The notes below the pieces were generated by a model. It saw only the letters and a list, made by a program, of their open reading frames with translations, ran no database searches and had not been told where the DNA came from. A program made the position numbers and the translations under genes. Of a stretch of DNA of 64,000 bases, positions 52,270-61,735 are shown piece by piece. Numbering within the stretch: position 1 is the stretch's first letter; each line of letters opens with the position of its first letter. The stretch lies in contig DASW01000001.1 of NCBI GenBank assembly GCA_002503985.1, forward strand, positions 10,508 to 74,507, read 5' to 3'. This DNA comes from Thermoplasmata archaeon UBA61 (GTDB lineage: Archaea; Thermoplasmatota; Thermoplasmata; Lutacidiplasmatales; UBA184).

Positions 52270-52671
52270 ATGCGGTCCGTCAAGATCGACCAGACCGAGC
52301 TCCACCAGATTATGGAGCTGTACGAGAGCGTGATGTCGCATGCGTGCCACGGACTGTTCTTCAAGGAGGGATCGGTCATCGGATCGGCGATGGCCGAGGA
52401 GGCCCTCAAGGACCGGGCGCACTATTTCGACCGCGTCGCCCATCTGTTGAAGGAACGGGGATGGGTCGAGGAGGTCACCTTCTCCGACCCGGAAGTGGTC
52501 GTGAAAGGGTCGATCGAGGTCGCCCCGAGCGACATCCCGACCTGCCACCGTCTCCGGGGCATGCTTCGCGAGTTCTACGAACGTTTTAAAGGGGGGCGCG
52601 TTAAATGCACTGAGGAGATGTGCTCTAGCACCGGGTCCCCCGAGTGCCGCTTCCGGATCGAGGAGCTGTAA
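52270..52671 (+). CDS. V4R-domain protein
   Basis: GSIE, CH..RG, E..C...G...CRF; TATA-like ACATATATA at about 52234. Confidence 0.8.
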   Translation: MRSVKIDQTELHQIMELYESVMSHACHGLFFKEGSVIGSAMAEEALKDRAHYFDRVAHLLKERGWVEEVTFSDPEVVVKGSIEVAPSDIPTCHRLRGMLREFYERFKGGRVKCTEEMCSSTGSPECRFRIEEL

Positions 52672-52687
52672 GGAGGGGAATGAAGTG

Positions 52688-53044
52688 ATGGCGACGGGAA
52701 ACGTAGGGGCAGTCGTAAAGGACCTCAAAACCCGCATCGGCGGGATCGCGACCGCCCTGGTCTCGCGCGATGGCCTCGTCCTCTACGCGGACGTGCCCAC
52801 CGGGGTCTACACCGAGACGTTCGCGATCATGTGCGCCACCATCCTCGGAGCGGCCGCCACCGCCAACACGGAGCTCAACCGAGCCCCGCCCGAGCGGATC
52901 GTGATCGAGGGGAACGACTCCAAGACGATCATCGTGGGGAGCGGCAAGAAGGCCCTCCTCGTCGCCGTCGTCGACCAGACCGCGGACCTGACGAAGGTCC
53001 TCGCCGAGGTCGTCAAGGTCGCCGACCTCCTGAAAGCGAACTGA
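52688..53044 (+). CDS. Roadblock/LC7 domain protein
   Basis: ALVSRDGL, ETFAIMCATILGAA; AGGAGG upstream. Confidence 0.9.
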   Translation: MATGNVGAVVKDLKTRIGGIATALVSRDGLVLYADVPTGVYTETFAIMCATILGAAATANTELNRAPPERIVIEGNDSKTIIVGSGKKALLVAVVDQTADLTKVLAEVVKVADLLKAN

Positions 53045-53078
53045 ACTAACTAACTAAGCACCTACCCGACGGACGGGA

Positions 53079-53120
53079 GGGGCTCGACGGCCCCGGGCGT
53101 TCTCTTTCTCTCTCTTTCTT
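53079..53120 (+). terminator. Candidate terminator (hairpin + pyrimidine tract)
   Basis: GGGGC-tcgacg-GCCCC then TTCTCTTTCTCTCTCTTTCTT between convergent genes. Confidence 0.6.
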
Positions 53121-53122
53121 GC

Positions 53123-53974
53123 TCACGTCGGCGACGCGCTAGGCTCCGGTGCCTTGCGCTCGGAAGCCAATCGGTGGGAGCTTCCTGTGGCGACGCGGCT
53201 GGTGTACCCGGCGAGCGCCGCCGTGAGGCGAGCCCACGCCATGACCCCGCGCTGGTCCACGATCAGCTGACGGAGCCGATAGCGCCCCCACAGGCTGCCG
53301 TGCTTCTCCGTGAGCTGCTTTCGGCCGTAGCCGTTCCAGAACGCCTGCATGAGGAACCGAAGGAACGTGGTGCGCATGTGGTGGTAGACGACCGCCTCCG
53401 GCCGGTAGACGATCGTGGCCCCGGCCTGCACGGCCCGCATGTTGAGGTCGATGTCCTCCGCGGTGATGAACCGCGTATCGAACCCTCCCAGGCTCACGAA
53501 CAGCTCTCGGCGGTAGGCGAGGTTGCACGAGGGGAACGTGACGTCGAACCCTTTCTGCAGCAGCTCGACCCGCTCGAGCTGGCCATAGCGATGCTTCCCC
53601 ACGACGGCTGTGCGACCGGCTACTACGGGGGACCGGGTAAGGCCCTCCCGCAGGCGCTTCAGCCACTGGGAGTCCGCGAAGCAATCGCCGTCGATGAACG
53701 CAATGAACTCCCCGCGGGCCTCGTCCACGCCCGCGTTCCGGCCGACCCCACGCGACCCCGACCGCTCGAAGACCCGGAGGATGCCGGGGTGACGGGCCGA
53801 GAACGCCTCGGCCGCTTCCCGGGTGCCGTCGCGGCTCTCGGAGTCGACGAGGACGACCTCGAACGGGCCGTCCTGAACGAGGAGGCTCTCGAGGAGCTGG
53901 TCGATGTGCAGCGCTTCGTTACGGACGGTGATGACGACCGAAACGAGCGGGGGCGGGGACGGGTTACTTCCCAA
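53123..53974 (-). CDS. Glycosyltransferase family 2
   Basis: VSVVITVRNE, VDSESRDGT, FIDGDC, GGFD...AED. Confidence 0.92.
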   Translation of the reverse strand: MGSNPSPPPLVSVVITVRNEALHIDQLLESLLVQDGPFEVVLVDSESRDGTREAAEAFSARHPGILRVFERSGSRGVGRNAGVDEARGEFIAFIDGDCFADSQWLKRLREGLTRSPVVAGRTAVVGKHRYGQLERVELLQKGFDVTFPSCNLAYRRELFVSLGGFDTRFITAEDIDLNMRAVQAGATIVYRPEAVVYHHMRTTFLRFLMQAFWNGYGRKQLTEKHGSLWGRYRLRQLIVDQRGVMAWARLTAALAGYTSRVATGSSHRLASERKAPEPSASPT

Positions 53975-54206
53975 TGTCCATCACGACGACGTCCTTCACC
54001 GCGCGCATGCTCTTGAAGGGGAGCACGAGCCGGCCCGACGCGTCGCTCTGGAACAGGCGCTGTTCGACGTCCTCGCTCGGCGTCACGAGGACGTGGGCAA
54101 TCCCGCCCGTCAACGTGTCGACGACGAAGTTGTCGATCATGCCCAGGATCTGGCCGTCGTTCGTCATCACGGTCTTTCCTCGGAGTTCGGTGAGGAACTT
54201 ACGCAT
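53964..54206 (-). CDS. PRC-barrel domain protein (CdpB-like)
   Basis: LRGKTVMTNDGQILG.I..VVD..TG, AVKDVVV. Confidence 0.88.
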   Translation of the reverse strand: MRKFLTELRGKTVMTNDGQILGMIDNFVVDTLTGGIAHVLVTPSEDVEQRLFQSDASGRLVLPFKSMRAVKDVVVMDIGK

Positions 54207-54336
54207 AGGGAGGGCCTCGAGCGCCGATGGCGGGCTGGCGTATTTAACCGTTGGCCGGTAATGGAAGCGCAGGAGCGCTCGACCGGACCACCGGCGACCG
54301 GTGGGCGTCGTTCCGGCATCTCTCGAAGCGGCAACG

Positions 54337-54343
54337 CTTATAT
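54337..54343 (+). promoter_or_regulatory. TATA box of the rpl18e operon
   Basis: CTTATAT about 30 nt before the ATG, implying a very short leader. Confidence 0.6.
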
Positions 54344-54372
54344 GAGCCACCCGGGTCGAGGGCGTCCCGCCC

Positions 54373-54738
54373 ATGGCCCATCCCATTCCTAAGGACAATT
54401 CGGAGCTCGTCCGGCTCATCGTTGAGCTGCGCCGGGCAGCGCGTTCGAACGAGGCCCCGATCTGGGCTTCGGTCGCGGAGCGCCTGGAACGTCCCCGACA
54501 CCAAGTGACCCCCGTGAACGTGGGCCATCTCGAGCGGCTGACCGAGGCCGGCGAGACCGTCATCGTCCCCGGAAAGCTCCTTTCCGAAGGGCGGCTCTCG
54601 AAGAAGCTCACCGTCGCCGCCTTCGCCTACTCGAAAGAGGCCCGGACGAAGATCCACGCGGCCGGCGGGGTCGCGATCACCGTCAGCGACCTTCTCAAGA
54701 CCAAGCCCGACGGGGCAGGGGTGCGTCTCTTTGCCTAA
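54373..54738 (+). CDS. rpl18e: 50S ribosomal protein L18e
   Basis: VNV..L, VPGKLL..G, S..A..KI..AGG. Confidence 0.95.
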   Translation: MAHPIPKDNSELVRLIVELRRAARSNEAPIWASVAERLERPRHQVTPVNVGHLERLTEAGETVIVPGKLLSEGRLSKKLTVAAFAYSKEARTKIHAAGGVAITVSDLLKTKPDGAGVRLFA

Positions 54739-55171
54739 CGCTCCGGCGCCGCCCGTCACGGTCGTGGATGCGACCGGCCTCGTCCTCGGCCGGGCCGCGA
54801 GCTTGATCGCGAAGCGCCTTTTGAACGGCGAGACGATCGTCGTAGTGAACGCCGAGCAGAGCGTCGTGACTGGCGGTCGCTCGCAGGTGGTCGCCCACTA
54901 CACCGAGGCCCGCGCCCGCGGCTCAGTCCGCAGCGGGCCGCACTTCCCCCGGTACGCCGACCGGATATTCCGCCGCACCGTCCGCGGCATGCTTCCGCAC
55001 CTGCAGACCCGCGGCAAGGTCGCGTTCCGCCGCCTCCAGGTCCACATCGGGGTCCCGCCCGAGTACGCGGGGCATCCGACGGAGACGATCGAGGGCGCGA
55101 AGGCCCGGCCGACCCTCCGTCCGCCGGTCACGCTCGCCGAGATCACGAAGCTCCTGGGGGCCCGTGGATGA
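54731..55171 (+). CDS. rpl13: 50S ribosomal protein L13
   Basis: DA..LVLGRAAS, VNAE, RTVRGMLP; TTG start. Confidence 0.95.
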   Translation: MPNAPAPPVTVVDATGLVLGRAASLIAKRLLNGETIVVVNAEQSVVTGGRSQVVAHYTEARARGSVRSGPHFPRYADRIFRRTVRGMLPHLQTRGKVAFRRLQVHIGVPPEYAGHPTETIEGAKARPTLRPPVTLAEITKLLGARG

Positions 55172-55575
55172 AGGCCCCGACGATCGTCATGGCCACGGGT
55201 AAGCGCAAGACGGCGGTCGCCCGCGCCACCGTGCGAAAGGGAGCCGGTCGGGTCCGGTTCAACGACCGCCCGCTCGAGATCGTCGAGCCCGAGATCATCC
55301 GCCAGAAGGTCCAGGAACCGCTCTTGATGGTCGGGGACCGCGCGAAGAACCTCGACATCGCGGTCCACGTCGCGGGCGGGGGCTATGTCGGCCAGGCCTC
55401 GGCGGCACGGACGGCCGTGGCCCGCGGGCTCATCGCGTGGCTCAAGGACGACCAGCTGAAGGAGATGTTCAAGAGTTACGACCGTTCGCTCCTCGTGAAC
55501 GACCCGCGCCGCAAGCTGCCGAAGCGCCCCGGCGGCCGCGGGGCCCGCAAGCGCCGGCAGAAGTCGTACCGCTGA
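55168..55575 (+). CDS. rps9: 30S ribosomal protein S9
   Basis: GKRKTAVARA, GGG..GQA, YDRSLLV.DPR, QKSYR. Confidence 0.97.
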   Translation: MKAPTIVMATGKRKTAVARATVRKGAGRVRFNDRPLEIVEPEIIRQKVQEPLLMVGDRAKNLDIAVHVAGGGYVGQASAARTAVARGLIAWLKDDQLKEMFKSYDRSLLVNDPRRKLPKRPGGRGARKRRQKSYR

Positions 55576-55594
55576 GCTCGGAGGTGTTCGATCG

Positions 55595-55792
55595 ATGACG
55601 ATGATGGTACCGGTCCGCTGCTTCACCTGCGGGGCCGTGATCGGCCAGCACTGGGACGAGTACCGCGAACGGACCGCGCGCGGCGAGCCCGCGGGAGCCG
55701 TGCTGGACGCCCTCGGGCTGAACCGGTACTGCTGCCGCCGGATGCTGCTCACGCACGTCGACCTCCTGGACGAGGTCGGTCCGTACGGCTGA
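55595..55792 (+). CDS. rpoN: RNA polymerase subunit N (Rpo10)
   Basis: PVRCFTCG, RYCCRRM. Confidence 0.97.
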   Translation: MTMMVPVRCFTCGAVIGQHWDEYRERTARGEPAGAVLDALGLNRYCCRRMLLTHVDLLDEVGPYG

Positions 55793-55844
55793 GCCGGCGT
55801 GAGCCTCCGCGCCGGGAATTTCCTTATCGCGAGCGCGGCCGGCC

Positions 55845-55925
55845 GGGACCGGTCTTAGCCAGAAGACTTCGCCAAGGGTCAGGGAAAGGGTTGACCTCTC
55901 CCGCGTCGGCGGGAAGGCGGTCCGA
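55845..55925 (+). ncRNA. Candidate structured small RNA (four-way junction)
   Basis: GGACCG/CGGTCC closing three hairpins; TATA-like CCTTATC about 20-25 nt upstream. Confidence 0.4.
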
Positions 55926-55936
55926 GGCGGGCGCCC

Positions 55937-58900
55937 CTACTTCTCGTCGTCTTCGTCGTCCTCTTCGTCCGCCGAGCGCTTGTTCCGCTCGAGCCCCGAG
56001 CGCGCGGCCCCGCTCTTCGCGGCGCCCTTTCCCGTGCGGCGGCGGTAGTAGAGGATGAGCAGCAGGATGACCACAACGACTGCGACCGCGATCGCCGCGT
56101 ACTCGAGCAGCTGGGTCGTGGGGTTCGGTCCGATCGAGATCGCCATCGACGCGACGTTCGGGCCGGTCTTGTAATTGCCCGAGAACTCGTTGGACGCCGT
56201 CACGTTCGCGTAGAGGTTGTAGTTCCCCGTGATCGTGGCCGGTGTCCAGGTGATCACCGCGCGCACGGTCGTGTTGAACGCGAGCGTGGCGATGCTGCCG
56301 GTGGCGAACGGGGTTGCGTTGACGACCCCCGGCGAGGTGTAGTTGAAGAACTGGACCGAGCCCGGAGTGCCACCGATGTAGTTGCGGCTCCCGCTCCCGC
56401 TCGTGGAGAGCAGGTAGAACGCGACCGAGACGTCCTCGCCGACCGACTTAGAACCGCCGCCGACCGTGATGTTCACCCAGAACGTCGCCCCTGAGCCGTC
56501 CGTGAGGCTGGACGGGCCCGTGAGGTTCGTAGCGGCCATGATGGGGCTCGTGGTGGTGTTCTGCGAGATGGTGAGCGACTGGGTCGCGTACCCGCTGTTG
56601 CCGTTCAGGTCCATTACGGTCAGGTTGACCGTGTAGGCCTGGGTCGAGGCGGGGAGCCAGTAGGACGGGTAGGGCTTCACCGCCGTGCGGTTGACCCCCA
56701 CGTGGATCGACGTGTTCTGTGAGTTCGTGACGAGCCAGTAGTAGTGGACGATCGAACCGTTGTGTGGGTCGGTCGCGTTCGCCCCGCTGAACAGGACGTT
56801 CGCGGAGAGGTTCGTGCCGGCGACCACGCCGCTGCCCGTGACGACCTTACCGCTCGCGGTGAGGACCTGGAACGCCGAGGTCGGCTTCTGGGTGTCGTTC
56901 ACGAGGATGACGAGCGTCGTCTTCGCGGTCTGGCCGGTCCCGGACCACACGGTCAGGGTGAGGTTGTACTGCCAGCCCTTGAACGGTACCGCGGTCCCGC
57001 CCACGGTTCCCGAGGTGAGGTAGCTTCCCGCACCCAGGAACTGGACGGTGAAGTTCGACCCGAAGTAGGCCCCCTGGCTGACCGTGTAGTTCGCGGTCTG
57101 CTTGAATCCCTTCGAGGAGACCAGCGAGAACGACGCGACCGAGAGGATGCCCGCGACCTTCGCCGTGGGACTGACGGCCGACGTGCTGGCGCTCGCGTTG
57201 AAGTAGAGGACGGTCCCCCAGTTGACGAACACGTAGGGCGTCGACCCCGCGGTCTTGTTCTGGCTCGCCGTGGAGTTCACGGAGATCTTCGGGACCACCG
57301 GTCCCTGGGCGACCCACACGTTGAACAGGGTCGAGTTCGTGAGCCCGCCCGAGCTCGTGACCGTGAGCTTTCCCGCGAAGGGGGTCGCGCCGCTCGCCGC
57401 CGCGTAGGTGTGGTTCGAGCTCGCGGTCGTCGAGTTGGTGGTCTTGCCGTCACCGAACGCCCAGGAGAACTTCGTCCCGTTGGTCCCGGAGGGATAGAGG
57501 GAGTTGAGGGCGCTGAACGTGACGTTCTGCCCGACCCCGACCTCAACGGTGTAGTTGCCCTCCGTGCTGTTGAGGACGTTCTGGCTCGAGAACGCGAAGT
57601 TCGACACCGAGGCGTTGACGATCGGGGTTAGCGCGGAGTACCGCACGATCGAGAACTTGGCGCTGCCCACGAGGGTGATGCTGGGGAGCGATTGGAGGGT
57701 GAAGCTCGTCCAGGTCCCTCCCGTGCCGGCCGCGCTCAAGCGCGTGTCCGTGGGGGCTTGCGTGGCGGCGGCCAGGACGTACCCCGTCGGCAGCACGAGC
57801 GTGTAGTTGTAGACGTCCGAGCTGGACGCCGGGTGCGCGAAGTTGAACGCGATCGAGTACGTGGACTGGTTGATCGGGACCGTCCCGTTGAGTCCGTAGC
57901 TCTGGGACCACGTGTAGTTCAGGCTCGCGGTCGAAGAGAGACCGCAGGGGCCCGAGCAGGAGGTGGTCCAGTTGGCGCCCTGAGCGGGAGCGGTCGGTGC
58001 GACGAACCCGGTGCCGTTGACCGCGGTCTGCGCCTGTACGGCTGGGAAGAACGGCCCCGTGGAGTTCACCCAGGTCGACACCGCGCGAAGCATGGAGCTC
58101 GGGAACGTCACGGAGTGGTTGAAGTCCAGACCCAACTGTGCCCACAACTGGCCGACGGTCGCGTTGGGGAGGTTCGGGACGACCGTGTTGTTGCCGAGGG
58201 TGGCGACGGTCGAGACCGCGAGATTGCCAGAACCCTTCGCGACGTCGATCCCCGAGAAGTTGAGGGTCGTCTGATAGCTGCCGAGCTGGCTCGGCGTCAG
58301 CGGAGAGACGAGCACGTTGTGATTGATCGAGTTGTTGTTGTCCACGCTCAGGGGGTACCAGACCGTTCCGTAGCCGACCGAGGAGAGGACGACGTCGAAC
58401 GATTGCGCCCCTCCGACGAAGTTGGCCGGATACGTGCCGGCGGAGTAGAAGCCGCCCGCCGGGGTGGCACTCGAGTAGAGGTAACCGTTGGTCGGGTCGA
58501 ACAGCGTGACGTTACCGGCCGACGGAACGTGCGCCGCCGGGTGCGCAGCCTGGTTGATGAATCCCCAGACAACGTAGTTCTGTAGGTTGGGGTTGATCGG
58601 CACCGGGGTGCGGTTCGGGATCGTGGCCTTGGTGTAGTTGAACTGCGTGGATGACGGCCAGACGGTCTTCAAGACCCAGCTCCCGCCCGGGACGTTACCG
58701 GTCGAGATCGGGACGTTCATGGAGAACGTGCCATTCGCGGCGGTCGTGTTGTTCACTAGAACGAGCCCGTTGTAGTAGGGGTCGAGGAGGTAGACCTGAG
58801 CCCCGGCCTCCTTGTTCGGGCCAGAGTACACCGTGCCGCTGATCCTGCCGGTATACGGTAGGACCGAAAGGTTCGTGATGGTGGGGAACGGGTAACTGGT

Positions 58901-59326
58901 GGTCGTGAGGGCGCTGGCGTTCTCGAACTGGAAGACCGGGACCTGGTTCGAGGGAAGGACGGCGCACTGGTACGGCCTTACCGGATTGCAGCCCGGAATG
59001 CTGACATTCCCCTGCGCGGGAACCCAGACCCCCCAGTAGCCGGGCACCAAGGCCCCGCTCGTGCTGTTGGTCGTGAACGAGTACTGTCCGCTGCCACCGG
59101 TGACCGTGGTCGTGAAGACCTGGCTCGTGGCCCGGGAAACGAGGTCGACCTGCACACCGGCCGGGGCCGGGAATCCAGACCCCAGCTCCAGGGAGCCCGT
59201 CAGCGTATAGTTCGCTGAAGAAGCGGCCTGAGCCCCAGCGATCGCAGCCAGTGAGCTCGTCACGAGCGCGACCAGTACCAGGACCCACAGTGCGGCGCGG
59301 TACTGCTGTCGAACCAAGTGTTTCAC
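55937..59326 (-). CDS. Large secreted surface glycoprotein with PKD/Ig-like domains (S-layer candidate)
   Basis: Signal peptide, S/T/N/G-rich, many N-x-S/T sequons, WAFGDG PKD motif, C-terminal TM + RRR + acidic tail. Confidence 0.85.
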   Translation of the reverse strand: MKHLVRQQYRAALWVLVLVALVTSSLAAIAGAQAASSANYTLTGSLELGSGFPAPAGVQVDLVSRATSQVFTTTVTGGSGQYSFTTNSTSGALVPGYWGVWVPAQGNVSIPGCNPVRPYQCAVLPSNQVPVFQFENASALTTTSYPFPTITNLSVLPYTGRISGTVYSGPNKEAGAQVYLLDPYYNGLVLVNNTTAANGTFSMNVPISTGNVPGGSWVLKTVWPSSTQFNYTKATIPNRTPVPINPNLQNYVVWGFINQAAHPAAHVPSAGNVTLFDPTNGYLYSSATPAGGFYSAGTYPANFVGGAQSFDVVLSSVGYGTVWYPLSVDNNNSINHNVLVSPLTPSQLGSYQTTLNFSGIDVAKGSGNLAVSTVATLGNNTVVPNLPNATVGQLWAQLGLDFNHSVTFPSSMLRAVSTWVNSTGPFFPAVQAQTAVNGTGFVAPTAPAQGANWTTSCSGPCGLSSTASLNYTWSQSYGLNGTVPINQSTYSIAFNFAHPASSSDVYNYTLVLPTGYVLAAATQAPTDTRLSAAGTGGTWTSFTLQSLPSITLVGSAKFSIVRYSALTPIVNASVSNFAFSSQNVLNSTEGNYTVEVGVGQNVTFSALNSLYPSGTNGTKFSWAFGDGKTTNSTTASSNHTYAAASGATPFAGKLTVTSSGGLTNSTLFNVWVAQGPVVPKISVNSTASQNKTAGSTPYVFVNWGTVLYFNASASTSAVSPTAKVAGILSVASFSLVSSKGFKQTANYTVSQGAYFGSNFTVQFLGAGSYLTSGTVGGTAVPFKGWQYNLTLTVWSGTGQTAKTTLVILVNDTQKPTSAFQVLTASGKVVTGSGVVAGTNLSANVLFSGANATDPHNGSIVHYYWLVTNSQNTSIHVGVNRTAVKPYPSYWLPASTQAYTVNLTVMDLNGNSGYATQSLTISQNTTTSPIMAATNLTGPSSLTDGSGATFWVNITVGGGSKSVGEDVSVAFYLLSTSGSGSRNYIGGTPGSVQFFNYTSPGVVNATPFATGSIATLAFNTTVRAVITWTPATITGNYNLYANVTASNEFSGNYKTGPNVASMAISIGPNPTTQLLEYAAIAVAVVVVILLLILYYRRRTGKGAAKSGAARSGLERNKRSADEEDDEDDEK

Positions 59327-59431
59327 ATCTCCCGTATCGGCAGCCCCCTATCGGAGGCGGCGCGCCGAACTTGGCCCTGCTACATATAGCTTGCTTTGGG
59401 GAAGGGCTGCGACCGGTGTCGGCGGCGCGCC

Positions 59432-61657
59432 CTAGCGGTAGATGGCCTCGACGGGCTCGTCACGGCGAGGGGCCACCCGCTCGCGCAAGAGGTGCCGCTC
59501 GAATTCGGCGTAGAACTTGAGCCCCTCCGCGTCGATGGAGGGTCGGACCTGCTTCAGGGCGGCCTCAAAGTGCGCGCGGGTGACCTTCGCGGCCTTGATG
59601 TTCTCGCGGATCGCGGTGAGCCCGGCCTCCCGGCAGAGCGCCGCGATGTCGCTTCCGACGTATCCGTCGGTCTTCGTCGCGAGGGCGTCCAGGTCGACGT
59701 CCTCCGCGAGCGGCATCGACTTGGTGTGGACCTTTAGGATCTCGAGGCGCCCAGCGACGGTGGGGGGTTCAACGTAGAGCAGGCGGTCGAACCGACCCGT
59801 CCGGAGGAGCGCCTCGTCCACGATGTCCGGCCGGTTCGTCGCGGCGATCACGAGCACCCGCTCCAGGCTCTCGAGCCCGTCGATGGAGGTGAGGAGCTGG
59901 TTGACGATCCGCTCCGTGACGCCGCTCGAGTTCTGGAGCCCCCGGCGCGGGGCGATGGAGTCGATCTCGTCGATGAACACGATCGACGGGGAGGCCTGAC
60001 GGGCCTTCTTGAAGATCATCCGGATGGCCTTCTCGCTCTCGCCGACCCACTTGCTCATCACTTCGGGGCCTTTCACCGAGATGAAGTTCGCCTGGCTCTC
60101 CGTCGCCGCGGCCTTCGCGAGGAGGGTCTTCCCGACACCGGGAGGGCCGTAGAGGAGGATGCCGCGCGGCGGCTCGATGCCGATGTGGCGGTAGACCTGA
60201 GGGTTCTTGAACGGGAGCTCGACCGATTCCTCGAGGATCCGTCGGACGCGCTCGACACCTCCGACCTGCTCCCAGTGGGTGGTCGGGACCTCGACCGTGA
60301 CGTCCCGCAGGCTGGACGGTTCGATCTGCTTCAACGCCTCCCGGAAGTCGTGCTCGGTGACCTTCATCCGCTCGAGCAGCGAGATCGGGATCGGCTGGTC
60401 GAAGTCGATCTCGGGCAGGTAGCGACGCAGCGCCCGCATCGCAGCCTCCCGGGCGAGCGACGAGAGGTCGGCGCCCACGAACCCGTGGCTCTGGGCCGCG
60501 AGCGCCTTGAGGATCCGTTCGCGGTCCTTGTCGGAGCCATCGATCGGCATCCCACGGGTGTGGATCTGGAGGATCTCGAGCCGCCCTTCCATCGTCGGCA
60601 CGCCGATCTCGATCTCTCGGTCGAACCGACCGGGACGTCGGAGGGCGGGGTCGATTGCCTCTTCTCGGTTGGTCGCGGCGATCACGATGACGTTCCCGCG
60701 ACCCGAGAGACCGTCCATGAGCGTGAGCAGGGTGGCCACGACCCGGCGCTCGACCTCGCCGGTGACCTCGTCCCGGCGGGGCGCGATGGAGTCGAGCTCG
60801 TCGATGAAGATCACGCTCGGGGCGTTCTTCTCCGCCTCCTCGAACTTCTCGCGGAGCTCCTTCTCGCTCTCCCCGTAGTACTTCGAGATGATCTCCGGAC
60901 CTTGGATCCCGATGAAGTGGGCGCCGGCCTCGTTCGCGACGGCCTTGGCGATCAGCGTCTTCCCCGTTCCCGGCGGCCCGTAGAGCAGGACCCCTTTCGG
61001 GGGCGTGATGGCGAGACGGTCGAACAGCTCGGGGTGCTTCAGCGGAAGCTCGATCATCTCTCGGACGCGGCCGAGCTTCTCGGTGAGGCCACCGATGTCC
61101 TCGTAGGAGATCCGAGGCGCGGTGACCTCGGTCTCGCTGACCGTCTCCTCCTTGATCGTGATGAGCGAGGACGGGGCGACCTGGACGATCCCCTTCGGTT
61201 GGGTGGAGACCACCATGAAGGGGAGCGAGCCCCCCATGAGGAAGACCCCGGGGATCACGAAGACGTCCCCGCGGATGAACGGCCGACGGGCGAGCGCCTT
61301 CGCGACGAAGCTCTCGAGGCCGGGCCCTAGGTCCATGCGCGCGGACCCGGCGTAGATCGGGGCGATCGTGACCGCGTCGGCGTTCGGGCAGTCGACCCTC
61401 TGAACCGAGACGCGGTCGCCGATGCTGACCCCGGCGTTCCGACGGACGACCGCTTCGATCCGGACGAGCCCCTTGCCCTCGTCGTCCTGCTGGGCCCGGG
61501 CTACGACCGCCGGCGTGGGCTTGCGGCCCCGGACCTCGATGATGTCGCCGAGCCCTACCTTGAGCCGCTGCCGCGTTTGAACGTCCAGGCGGGCGGTCCC
61601 CAAGCCGATGTCCTGCTGGAACGCTTCGGCAACTCGCAGGGGGATAGCCTCGGCCAT
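59432..61657 (-). CDS. cdc48: CDC48/VAT AAA ATPase
   Basis: N domain plus two AAA modules ([16 protein letters not shown]), KWVGESEK. Confidence 0.96.
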   Translation of the reverse strand: MAEAIPLRVAEAFQQDIGLGTARLDVQTRQRLKVGLGDIIEVRGRKPTPAVVARAQQDDEGKGLVRIEAVVRRNAGVSIGDRVSVQRVDCPNADAVTIAPIYAGSARMDLGPGLESFVAKALARRPFIRGDVFVIPGVFLMGGSLPFMVVSTQPKGIVQVAPSSLITIKEETVSETEVTAPRISYEDIGGLTEKLGRVREMIELPLKHPELFDRLAITPPKGVLLYGPPGTGKTLIAKAVANEAGAHFIGIQGPEIISKYYGESEKELREKFEEAEKNAPSVIFIDELDSIAPRRDEVTGEVERRVVATLLTLMDGLSGRGNVIVIAATNREEAIDPALRRPGRFDREIEIGVPTMEGRLEILQIHTRGMPIDGSDKDRERILKALAAQSHGFVGADLSSLAREAAMRALRRYLPEIDFDQPIPISLLERMKVTEHDFREALKQIEPSSLRDVTVEVPTTHWEQVGGVERVRRILEESVELPFKNPQVYRHIGIEPPRGILLYGPPGVGKTLLAKAAATESQANFISVKGPEVMSKWVGESEKAIRMIFKKARQASPSIVFIDEIDSIAPRRGLQNSSGVTERIVNQLLTSIDGLESLERVLVIAATNRPDIVDEALLRTGRFDRLLYVEPPTVAGRLEILKVHTKSMPLAEDVDLDALATKTDGYVGSDIAALCREAGLTAIRENIKAAKVTRAHFEAALKQVRPSIDAEGLKFYAEFERHLLRERVAPRRDEPVEAIYR

Positions 61658-61735
61658 CTACGAGGGGTTTGGACCCCGGAGCGACCTAAATAGGTTGTCC
61701 TCGAAAGACGCGCCCGGTCCCTCGGGTCCGGAGCT

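Noticed and set aside
53039-53057. AACT tandem microrepeat
   Set aside because: Too short; reads as stacked stop codons or terminator context.
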